Below are positions 9,594-17,391 of a stretch of DNA of 32,000 nt, piece by piece. The DNA is from a virus: positions 3,278 through 35,277 of IMG/VR virus record IMGVR_UViG_2551306257_000004; one strand, given 5' to 3'. Position numbers and translations under genes: made by a program. The notes under the pieces were generated by a model. The model worked only from the letters and a program-made list of their open reading frames with translations. It searched no databases and was not told where the DNA came from. How positions within the stretch are numbered: position 1 is the stretch's first letter; each line of letters begins with the position of its first letter.

Positions 9594-10523
9594 TTAGACA
9601 CCTACTGGTTGGATAGCAGCAAAGGCTTCATCGTTTGGAATAGCCACGGCAATTTCAAAGATAGCACGTAGTGCCTGCATGTCTTGCTCGAACAAGTGAA
9701 CATCACCAGAATCAAGAGTACCGTCATTTTGGACTTTAGACAATGTAGCCTGGTCAGCGATTTTCAGACGGAGGTTAGTTCCGTTTGGAATACCATAGAC
9801 AAGGCCATTGAAGTTACCAGTGATCAACGTACCTGCTGGGTAGGTCTGACCATCTTGCAACTGCAATTGTGCGTAAGGCAGACCGTCAAGCTCCCCAGTA
9901 GCATTTGGATTAGCTGGCTTTTCAAAGACATGTTGACCACCGTTGACATCGTCACGGATTGAACGAAGGATACGGTTAATTGTACGGTGACCAACAAAGG
10001 CATTAGGGTCCTTGTCTGACTTATCTTCCACATCGTAGATGCTGTCCAATGTAATGTCACCAGAAACTACATTGCCTGCTTTCTTAGCAGCTGCAAGGAC
10101 GTTAGCGCCAAATGGGTTGTTGTGCAAACCAAGGAAGGCAGCACCATCAATTTTCTTGTTGAAGAGGTCAACAATTTTATCCTTGATGCTGTCAAAGTAA
10201 TCTGTCCAAGTGTAGTTGAGCACTTCTTCCGTTACTGGAAGGATAACTGCGATTTTACGAGCTTCCAAGATGTAGGATTTGCTTTGAACCTTTGCAGTGC
10301 CGATTTTTTGACCTTCACCTACAAAGTATGCGTCAGTCAATTGACCAATTTCAACACCCTTACGGACCATCTTGCCATCCATCTCCACTTTTTGACCAAG
10401 CTGGACAACTTTTGAGGTCTTAACAAGGGAATCTGTAAATAGGTCTGTGATAAGTTCTGAAGTAATTTCTTTTCCGAGTGTTTCAGAAAGTAGGACTGTG
10501 TCTGGATTAAATTTTTGAGCCAT
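9594..10523 (-). CDS. Major capsid protein.
   Basis: 309-aa ORF right after the scaffold gene. Size and position are typical. An AGGAG-type RBS is present. Confidence 0.8.
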   Translation of the reverse strand: MAQKFNPDTVLLSETLGKEITSELITDLFTDSLVKTSKVVQLGQKVEMDGKMVRKGVEIGQLTDAYFVGEGQKIGTAKVQSKSYILEARKIAVILPVTEEVLNYTWTDYFDSIKDKIVDLFNKKIDGAAFLGLHNNPFGANVLAAAKKAGNVVSGDITLDSIYDVEDKSDKDPNAFVGHRTINRILRSIRDDVNGGQHVFEKPANPNATGELDGLPYAQLQLQDGQTYPAGTLITGNFNGLVYGIPNGTNLRLKIADQATLSKVQNDGTLDSGDVHLFEQDMQALRAIFEIAVAIPNDEAFAAIQPVGV

Positions 10524-10541
10524 ATTGCTCTCCTTTCATGT

Positions 10542-11102
10542 TTAGAAATTTGTGATTTTTGCGCTGGCAAACTTATCCTTACCACCTTTAGAGCGATCAT
10601 CCGTTCCACCGCTTGTGATTGGGGCACTGGACTTAGCTTCTTCACGCTTTCTGATATTGAGGATATTTGCCATGTTCGTGACTGCCAACTTAGTTGCTTC
10701 TTCATCATCTTTGACAACAAAAGCAAGCGTTGACTCATTGACTGGGACACCCTGCTTTTCAAGTTCCTTGATAGCGATGTCCTGCATTTGACGGTGGGCA
10801 ATTTGAGCTTTTAGGGTTGCGTTTTCTTCCTGAATGGCTTGGAGAGCTTCCTGCTTTTCCTTCTCTTTCAAGGCTTGCAACTCTTCGTCACTCATTTTTG
10901 CCTTTGCAACTGCGTCCTCAATCTGCTTTTGAACATCAGTTTTCACTTGAGCAAGCTCCATCTGATGCTTCTCTTCGGCCAATTTCAAACGACGTTGCAT
11001 TTCAGCAAGTGATACTGTCTTTTCAGGTTCCTGCGGATTGCTAGCCTGTTCCTCTGGAGCTTGTTCCGGATCAACTGCTGGATTTTTTTGTTCTTCTGCC
11101 AT
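10542..11102 (-). CDS. Scaffolding protein (DUF4355-like).
   Basis: 186 aa, highly charged and helical (EEKHQMELAQVKTDVQKQIEDAVAKAK...). It lies immediately upstream of the capsid gene. Confidence 0.75.
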   Translation of the reverse strand: MAEEQKNPAVDPEQAPEEQASNPQEPEKTVSLAEMQRRLKLAEEKHQMELAQVKTDVQKQIEDAVAKAKMSDEELQALKEKEKQEALQAIQEENATLKAQIAHRQMQDIAIKELEKQGVPVNESTLAFVVKDDEEATKLAVTNMANILNIRKREEAKSSAPITSGGTDDRSKGGKDKFASAKITNF

Positions 11103-11183
11103 GTTTTGGCTCCTTTCTTTTACGCTTTAACGTGCAACCTCCACGAACTCATGCAAGGATTAACGTCACTAGCACGGTTTGGA

Positions 11184-11217
11184 CAAAAAGAAAACTGGTC
11201 AATTTCGACCAGTTTTT
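11184..11217 (-). terminator. Rho-independent terminator, a symmetric hairpin that may act in both directions.
   Basis: AAAACTGGTC-aatttc-GACCAGTTTT is a 10-bp stem (11191-11200 / 11207-11216). On the - strand it is followed by CTTTTT. Confidence 0.6.
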
Positions 11218-11275
11218 AGTATTTTCAAGTAATTTTGAGTAGTCTATTCCTACCAGTCAAAATATGGAACACCTC

Positions 11276-11536
11276 CTATTCTGCGATTTCATAAGTTTCG
11301 GCAAAGATACCTGGTTTGCACGGATAAAACTCGCCTTGCACGCCCTTGATGATAAAATCGCCCTCAATCGCCGTCATTATCCCTTCTAAAGTGGGAATTT
11401 TAAGTACAGGCATTGATGGGATTTCGTAATCAATATTAACAGGGTCTAACCCCAACTCAGAAAGATTAGCCAATGTTTCTGGGTTGTCAAAAAATTGAAT
11501 TGCTTCAATCACTACTGGTTTTTTACGGTATTTCAC
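11276..11536 (-). CDS. Small conserved phage protein of unknown function.
   Basis: 86-aa ORF MKYRKKPVVIEAIQF...GDFIIKGVQGEFYPCKPGIFAETYE. This pattern recurs in phage genomes, possibly the PGDYG-type family, but I am not certain of that. Confidence 0.55.
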   Translation of the reverse strand: MKYRKKPVVIEAIQFFDNPETLANLSELGLDPVNIDYEIPSMPVLKIPTLEGIMTAIEGDFIIKGVQGEFYPCKPGIFAETYEIAE

Positions 11537-11589
11537 ACTTATCTCCTTCTTCTAGACAAAAGAAAAAGCCGTATTACTACGACTTTGAT

Positions 11590-11853
11590 TTATTTACGGC
11601 TGAAAAACCTTTTTTTCTTGGCTTTCTTTAAGTCTTTAACGTCAACTTCAAGGATTTTCTGATAGGTTTCTACTTCGTCAAAGCGGAAATTGATAGCTTC
11701 AGCATTACGTGAGTTAATTGAGTTAAGCTCTTCAATCAATCCTGTATGACGTTTGACAGCTTCAGTTAGTAAGATGTTTTCTGCGGTCAACTGTGCCACT
11801 TTGTTTTCAAGTTTTGCAATTCGTGACCATTTTTTCTTAATACGTTTATTCAT
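11590..11853 (-). CDS. Basic coiled-coil protein of unknown function.
   Basis: I moved the start to ATG 11853 (MNKRIKKKW...), which is preceded by AGGAGGAAAC. The track's upstream extension lacks an RBS. Confidence 0.5.
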   Translation of the reverse strand: MNKRIKKKWSRIAKLENKVAQLTAENILLTEAVKRHTGLIEELNSINSRNAEAINFRFDEVETYQKILEVDVKDLKKAKKKRFFSRK

Positions 11854-11874
11854 GTTTCCTCCTGTTTTTGGGTA

Positions 11875-11905
11875 CAAAAAAAGCACTTAGACTTCTCTAG
11901 GTGCT
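11875..11905 (-). terminator. Rho-independent terminator.
   Basis: - strand AGCACCTAG-agaagt-CTAAGTGCT (one mismatch) followed by TTTTTT. It abuts the stop of the 51-aa ORF. Confidence 0.55.
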
Positions 11906-12060
11906 TATGTGTGAACAACTATACCATCTTCGGTTTCTTCTGACATCGTCTGCATATAATCTTGAAATTCTTTAACAGCCCATTCAGGGGCATCCGGACT
12001 TAATTCAGTACCATTGTCCCCATCTATCCAATATTTATATCCTTTAGGTGCGGTCAGCAT
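11905..12060 (-). CDS. Small acidic protein (51 aa) immediately downstream of the MuF-fusion gene.
   Basis: Below the track's size cutoff. My translation is MLTAPKGYKYWIDGDNGTELSPDAPEWAVKEFQDYMQTMSEETEDGIVVHT*. A GAAGGAGG lies 9 nt upstream of the ATG. The start overlaps the last 17 nt of the MuF gene. Confidence 0.45.
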   Translation of the reverse strand: MLTAPKGYKYWIDGDNGTELSPDAPEWAVKEFQDYMQTMSEETEDGIVVHT

Positions 12061-13807
12061 TTTTCAGTACCTCCTTCGCCTTTCTTTCAAAAATCACTCT
12101 AAAATCATTTGCGATTTCCCTTGGTGTTTCACCATAGGCTTCAGCAAATAACTCAGCGAATGTTTCTGTGTTACTACGTTGCTGCTTGTAATATTCACGA
12201 GCATATCCGCCCGTTAATTTACCAACTTCTGAAACTCTATATTTTTCAGGATTTGATTTTTCCATTTCCCTGAAGACATCATCAGAAAATTGATTTGACA
12301 TCAGTTTAGATAATTGAAAATCAATATGATGCCCAAATTCATGTATCATGATGTGTTCCGGAGAACTATTCTTAGAAAACCAACCTGATTTTATATTATA
12401 TTCAACAGTATCTTTCAAAATATCTGCATTCAGGAACTTGCTAACGTTTATTCCGAACTCTACTGGAGTATTTGAACTTGCATAACGTGAATACCAAGCA
12501 ATAGCCTGACCTGCTTTTGATTTTGTAATCGCTCTGACTTGAGGAATCTTTTCAGGAAGAGCTGTGTAGATTTTCTCGAAAGATTTTAAGATGGAGTATG
12601 TTTGTTCCAGTGCGAGTTGCGGCAACTTTGTCCTACTCGTTTCACTGATAGACATTCCAAACTCATCTGAAAGTCTTTGAATAAGTTCTGCCCTGTCCAA
12701 AGTTTCTTCAAAAACATAACGATTGAAGAAACCATCCTCTTCATCTTTAATTTTATCACTTTCATCACTGAAATCAAGCAATTTTTGGTCTTCTTCGACT
12801 ATTTGTTTCTGACCCGCTTTCTTAGCTTCAGCAGTTTCGTCCTCTCCCCAAACACCATTCGGAGCTTCACGATCAAGTGTACTGCCTCCAGCTTTATAGT
12901 CCATTTTGATATGGCCATAACTAGAACACCGACAGTTGGGGTGCATGGGGTACATATTGACACCTTTTTCTACGTCCTCAATCGGAATAGCCTTTCCGTC
13001 TAGGGCTTGGCAGACTTCACATGCTCCAGGTTCTGCTACATAAATTAAATGAGTAAAGTCATTCTCCTTGAGCATAGCCAATTGCGTGTCAGCGTTAATC
13101 CGTGCTATCTCAGTCTTTAACAACCGTTTAGCGTTCTGTTCACTGGTGCCGTATTTTTTGGCCAGGCGCTTCATTTCCTGCTTGTAACCCATCATGTCTG
13201 TAAAGATACGGTTCAGCGAACCAAACACCTCTCTCTGAAGCGTGGCACGAAGTCCAAGACCGCCCCATACTCTAGCAGAAAATTTCTGACCGTAGAAATC
13301 AGCGTCTAAAATCGCCTGCATGCGCTTTTTCGCTCCGCTGGATGAAATACCCAAAATGCCTGCTTGACGCTTGTATTCAGCCAGATATTCGTCTGTCCGT
13401 GCCTTATCAAAGACCTCGTTAACCTCAGCGGTCAAATTTTGGATTTCAAGAGTTAGTTCAGCCCTCAAAAGTTCCAGTCTGCTGACTTTCATCTTGAGGT
13501 TATAGACTTTTAGCCATTCATTGGTTGCATGGCTAAAATCTTTTTCTTTGACAGCCTTGGCAGCCTTATCAGCAAACTTTGTAACATCCATTTCGGATGC
13601 TTTTTTCATAGCTTCCTGCTTGGTCAGACCTTCCTTGCTGGCATATCGCATGTAAAAGCCATCAATTTCCCTTTGCATACGGTCAAATGACTCTTGATAG
13701 ATTTGAGCCAGCAACTTGTCACGGTCCAGATCTCGCTTCATCAGCTCAGCTTGAGCTTTTCGCTCCGCATTGTACCGCTGATTATTCCTTATCTGCTTGT
13801 CCGACAT
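12044..13807 (-). CDS. Head morphogenesis protein (SPP1 gp7 / Mu F family) fused to a C-terminal HExxH metallopeptidase-like domain.
   Basis: The MuF signature ...CEVCQALDGK...MHPNCRCS lies at aa ~265-298, followed by an acidic linker. HEFGHH is at nt 12343-12326, and ETFAELFAEAYG lies ~55 aa downstream (gluzincin-like third ligand). The start is ambiguous: GTG 13816, ATG 13813 or ATG 13807. AGGTGA favours 13807. Confidence 0.8.
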   Translation of the reverse strand: MSDKQIRNNQRYNAERKAQAELMKRDLDRDKLLAQIYQESFDRMQREIDGFYMRYASKEGLTKQEAMKKASEMDVTKFADKAAKAVKEKDFSHATNEWLKVYNLKMKVSRLELLRAELTLEIQNLTAEVNEVFDKARTDEYLAEYKRQAGILGISSSGAKKRMQAILDADFYGQKFSARVWGGLGLRATLQREVFGSLNRIFTDMMGYKQEMKRLAKKYGTSEQNAKRLLKTEIARINADTQLAMLKENDFTHLIYVAEPGACEVCQALDGKAIPIEDVEKGVNMYPMHPNCRCSSYGHIKMDYKAGGSTLDREAPNGVWGEDETAEAKKAGQKQIVEEDQKLLDFSDESDKIKDEEDGFFNRYVFEETLDRAELIQRLSDEFGMSISETSRTKLPQLALEQTYSILKSFEKIYTALPEKIPQVRAITKSKAGQAIAWYSRYASSNTPVEFGINVSKFLNADILKDTVEYNIKSGWFSKNSSPEHIMIHEFGHHIDFQLSKLMSNQFSDDVFREMEKSNPEKYRVSEVGKLTGGYAREYYKQQRSNTETFAELFAEAYGETPREIANDFRVIFERKAKEVLKNADRT

Positions 13808-15293
13808 CCGCATCACCTACAATCTGGTTGATTTCTGCATCACTTGCACCGCCCTCTTTCAAAAGACGGCTTTTTTCTTTGCGGGCATCCGTGAAACTTG
13901 CGGATTCCATGAGGGTTTCTTGTGAAATGTCCATTCCGGAATTGATAGCAGATTGAATTTCTGCCCAAACATCTGTCGGTAGGTTCTCATGGAAAGTGAA
14001 TGTCAGCAAGTTTGCGTCAACTGCTTCAAATCCCTTCAGATTTTCAGACAAAGATTGTAGTAGCTTGTATCTGCGTTTCAAAGCTTTGATGAAGAACCCA
14101 CGTTTGACTGATGTAACCTGTTGCAAATCAACCAGCTTATAACGAATAGCAATCCCAGATGTTGCTGAGAACGTAGCGTCATCTTGTAAGTTAGGTAAAC
14201 CAACAATCCGGAAGAAATCTTTGATAAGTCTGGACTTATAAGCTTCTACACCGCTCACATCATATTGCTTGTAGATATAACCAGCTTCAAGGCTTGTCTG
14301 CTGACCATTGTGACCTATCCCGCTTTCAAGTACCAGCATGTTGGCCTGCTTCATTTTCATAATATCTGAGGCATTCATCCCTGTACTCTCTACATCCCCT
14401 TTGATGACCAGCATGGCATCATTGAGATCTGACATGTAGTTAGCCGTGTCACTTTCTGCTGCATCATAAGCGTCAACGATTGGAATACCTTTTTCCCAAT
14501 CTCCCAACCGCTCACGGTTGTTTTGCCATTCGACTACTGGCACCATGTTGAAAGGATTTGGTTTGCGATCAGATTCTTTCCAATCATTATCATAGCTGAC
14601 AATCTCCCTATCCGTGTAAACCGTAACAAACAGTTTACCGTTGTAAATCGGACAATGGACAGCAGCAATAATCTCTTTTCTGACATCTGCACTTCTGATA
14701 GTGAACATTTCCTTAGCGTCAATCAAGACCACGGCTGGTTGCTCAAATTCATCAAAGTAGTGTAATTCAAAAGCCCGTCCAAATCGTGAAGCATCATAAA
14801 CCAATTCACGATTGAGGGCTTCAATGTCATTGTAGCTATTGAAATTATCAACACTTGTCAAATCCAAGTCAATTTCTGTTGATCCAATTGAAATCGGCTG
14901 ACCAACCGTGTACCCAGTAAAGAAACGGCTAGCTTGACCGCCCAGGTCATGCCTAATTCTATAGTCAGCCTTTTCAGGTTCGAGCCGTTTTCGACCATTC
15001 AAAATAGTATAGTTATTACCGTTTGAATAGCTTTCCAGTATCTGCAGTCGTTCAATTTGATCACCAAAAAAGCCGGCAACCATTTTCTTCAGGTCCTCTG
15101 GTTCCTTATCCTTTTCAATCAATTTTTCTGCAGAATGGAACATAAAATGGACGTTAGCCTTATCTGAGAACTGCAAAAAGTCCTCTCGTTTTTCAAGTGT
15201 TGCCGGTTCCATATCCCGCTCAAACTGATAGGACCTTGGAATGTATTGACCTTCTTGCAGAATATCATCTGCATGGTGTGTAGTTTCTGTCAT
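13782..15293 (-). CDS. Portal protein (SPP1 gp6-like).
   Basis: 503-aa ORF directly after terL, with a 1-nt gap, and before the MuF gene. Confidence 0.85.
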   Translation of the reverse strand: MTETTHHADDILQEGQYIPRSYQFERDMEPATLEKREDFLQFSDKANVHFMFHSAEKLIEKDKEPEDLKKMVAGFFGDQIERLQILESYSNGNNYTILNGRKRLEPEKADYRIRHDLGGQASRFFTGYTVGQPISIGSTEIDLDLTSVDNFNSYNDIEALNRELVYDASRFGRAFELHYFDEFEQPAVVLIDAKEMFTIRSADVRKEIIAAVHCPIYNGKLFVTVYTDREIVSYDNDWKESDRKPNPFNMVPVVEWQNNRERLGDWEKGIPIVDAYDAAESDTANYMSDLNDAMLVIKGDVESTGMNASDIMKMKQANMLVLESGIGHNGQQTSLEAGYIYKQYDVSGVEAYKSRLIKDFFRIVGLPNLQDDATFSATSGIAIRYKLVDLQQVTSVKRGFFIKALKRRYKLLQSLSENLKGFEAVDANLLTFTFHENLPTDVWAEIQSAINSGMDISQETLMESASFTDARKEKSRLLKEGGASDAEINQIVGDADVGQADKE

Positions 15294-15294
15294 G

Positions 15295-16596
15295 TCATCT
15301 CCTCATCAATCTATTGATTGTCTTGATTTTACTTTCAACGTTTTGCTTATCTTTGACAAAAATAAGATTTTGCAAAGCATAGCGTATAGCATCAATACAG
15401 TGGTTATAGCTGTCACATGGCTTATTGATGTATTCATTTGTACGTTTGTCTTTCTGCCAGGTATAATTTTCTAATTCTTCAATAGTTTTGACACACCTTT
15501 CATCAACAATAATGTCAAACTGCTGCATGAATTGGACACCTTGCAAAACGGAACCTTTGCCTTTGTCAACGGGAATAGCCCTGCGTAATCCCAAAGTTTG
15601 AAGCTCTGCGATAGACTTCTGTTCCGCTGAGTCAGCCATAATGACTTCTTTGGAATAGCCAAGACTGGTGACTGCTTCAGCTATCTGATTATTCAGCAAA
15701 CCTTTTCTGACATACTCTTCCAAGATATAGATTTTCTTGTTTTCCCTGTCCACTTTGACATGCATGAATGCTGATGGGTCATTGGCAAAACCAAAGTCCA
15801 GGCCAAAATAGGACGGCAAGTGTGCCAGCTTGTCCTTATTGAGTAGCCTTTTTTCATACTTAGGAAAAATCAACTTGTCCAAGGTTGCAAACTCGCCCAG
15901 GGCATAGATTTTGTAATAAGCTTCATTCCTGTTGGCAAGCTCCTCAATGTTCTCCCTTGTCACATCATCCAAGAAACGATTGTCTTTGTAGGTTGTTTGG
16001 TAGATAACTGTGTTTTTGGGACGCTTAACAAAAAACGCATTAAAAACCCAATTCACTTTAGAAACTGGGTTGAACATGAGATAAATTTGTTTTTGTTTGT
16101 GCTTGCGATCACGCAAACGAAGTGTAAGCTGGGTATAATCGTCCAATGTGAACTCAGACGCTTCTTCCATGACCACATCTGAGATACCTTTGATAGACTT
16201 GATTTTCTCTGGGTTATCCAACCCCTTGAAAATAAATTGAGCACCGTTTGGCAGCTCAATCCGATAAGCTGAATTATTAACCTTGCACTTATCCAACAAG
16301 TCCCAGGCATCTAAGCACTGTTTGACATCTTCAAAGATTGAGTCATAGACCGTTGAACCAACCTTGCGTAGAAACAGAACCTTGCGAGGATGTTTCCAGT
16401 CTTTGCAAGCCTTGTAAACAACCTTCTGAATAACACCGTGACTTTTGCCGGAAGAGGCACCGCCATAGTGAATTTCAGTAAAGGTGTTATAATCTTCAAG
16501 CTTGTCATAGATATGCTTGTTGAAGACCCTACTAGGATACGGGACTGATATTTGAATACTTAGCTTTGGTCTAGTCTTCGTCAGCATCCCATTCAC
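15295..16596 (-). CDS. terL: Terminase large subunit (PBSX/Terminase_3-like).
   Basis: Walker A motif HYGGASSGKSHG near the N-terminus. 433 aa. It overlaps the terS stop. The start may be ATG 16587 (AGGTGA upstream) rather than GTG 16596. Confidence 0.9.
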   Translation of the reverse strand: MNGMLTKTRPKLSIQISVPYPSRVFNKHIYDKLEDYNTFTEIHYGGASSGKSHGVIQKVVYKACKDWKHPRKVLFLRKVGSTVYDSIFEDVKQCLDAWDLLDKCKVNNSAYRIELPNGAQFIFKGLDNPEKIKSIKGISDVVMEEASEFTLDDYTQLTLRLRDRKHKQKQIYLMFNPVSKVNWVFNAFFVKRPKNTVIYQTTYKDNRFLDDVTRENIEELANRNEAYYKIYALGEFATLDKLIFPKYEKRLLNKDKLAHLPSYFGLDFGFANDPSAFMHVKVDRENKKIYILEEYVRKGLLNNQIAEAVTSLGYSKEVIMADSAEQKSIAELQTLGLRRAIPVDKGKGSVLQGVQFMQQFDIIVDERCVKTIEELENYTWQKDKRTNEYINKPCDSYNHCIDAIRYALQNLIFVKDKQNVESKIKTINRLMRR

Positions 16597-17005
16597 CTAC
16601 CCTGATTTCAATCGTTCGTTGAGTGATTTCTTGCTTATCAACAAATAGACCATAACGCTTACCGAGATCAACGGCAGCACTTTTCCTAGTTGAAACGCTA
16701 GGCTTTGCCATGACCATCCGCTGAGTACCCTCACCGTCCAAGATAAGCAAAGGCTCCGTGACCTCTCCACGCATAACGGAAGTAAGGAACTCTAGGACTT
16801 CCTGCTGATCAGCAACCCGTTCAGACTGCAACTTTTCCAGCTGTTCGTCTATATAGGCTTTGACCATAGCATTTGATAGCAATCTACTACCATTTGCTTG
16901 AGCAACTGCATCCTTCTTAACATTCGGATAGGCTTTTTTATAGGCCCTTGTAGCGTTCAAACTTATAATGTACTCATCAGCAAAAATCTTCTGTTTTTCG
17001 GTCAT
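16571..17005 (-). CDS. terS: Terminase small subunit (Terminase_2-like).
   Basis: MTEKQKIFADEYIISLNATRAYKKAYPNVKKDAVAQANGSRLL is a typical terS N-terminal HTH. I set the start at ATG 17005, with GGAGG at 17023-17019. Confidence 0.85.
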   Translation of the reverse strand: MTEKQKIFADEYIISLNATRAYKKAYPNVKKDAVAQANGSRLLSNAMVKAYIDEQLEKLQSERVADQQEVLEFLTSVMRGEVTEPLLILDGEGTQRMVMAKPSVSTRKSAAVDLGKRYGLFVDKQEITQRTIEIRVGEWDADED

Positions 17006-17030
17006 CCCATGTCCATCACCTCCGTTCCTC

Positions 17031-17063
17031 AATAAAATAAAAACCCACACTTCATTGTGTGGG
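17031..17063 (-). terminator. Strong rho-independent terminator immediately upstream of the terS RBS.
   Basis: - strand CCCACAC-aatgaa-GTGTGGG (17063-17044) followed by TTTTTATTTTATT (17043-17031). The T-tract ends 7 nt before the terS GGAGG. Confidence 0.7.
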
Positions 17064-17345
17064 AAAAATATAGGAGAAAGACCCCTAGCGGAATCAAACC
17101 GTCCAGCTTATAACTTACCTAGGATATAAGTAGCTGTGCAATCTTGCAGGGCCTAGTCGCATCCGCAACCATTTCAAAGTTAATGAGTGATATATGAATT
17201 CTCGTCCAACGACTTACCCCATTCTGGGACACAAACACTCAAAGGGAACGACAGGAATCCAACCTGCCTACATCACAAAGATGCGTTGCGCAGACTCTCG
17301 TTCCCACAACCGGTAAGGCTTACTGCCTTACCCTTATTTCTTGAT
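17064..17345 (-). ncRNA. Candidate structured noncoding RNA or leader of unknown class.
   Basis: No credible ORF on either strand. An extended -10 TGcTATTAT lies at 17360-17352 (- strand). There are many stable hairpins, two with GGTTnGATTCC T-loop-like sequence. The region ends in the terminator listed above. Confidence 0.4.
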
Positions 17346-17391
17346 GATACTATAATAGCACGATTGTTTGACCAGTGCGCTACAGACTAGT

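Noticed and set aside
10337-10801. 154-aa - strand ORF spanning the capsid-scaffold junction.
   Set aside because: It is out of frame with two well-supported genes, is Ser/Leu/Lys/Gln-rich, and has no RBS.
16053-16508. - strand ORFs at 16053-16310 and 16311-16508, and a + ORF at 15997-16182.
   Set aside because: They are alternative frames inside the well-supported terL gene.
17006-17050. 15-codon N-terminal extension of terS in the track (MWVFILLRNGGDGHG).
   Set aside because: The extension would start inside the terminator T-tract and read through the RBS. ATG 17005 yields the canonical MTEKQK... terS N-terminus.
17064-17345. Checked whether the structured region is a true tRNA, a self-cleaving ribozyme or a toxin-antitoxin RNA repeat.
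   Set aside because: No complete cloverleaf is present: the best unit is 62 nt with no anticodon arm. I found no hammerhead CUGAUGA...GAAA core by eye. There are no tandem repeats like ToxI, and no adjacent reverse transcriptase for a retron. The class remains unknown.
17187-17390. 67-aa + strand ORF inside the regulator-terS intergenic region.
   Set aside because: It has no RBS and an odd composition. It is antisense to a stretch packed with stable hairpins and has stops in all other frames. A noncoding RNA or leader explains it better.
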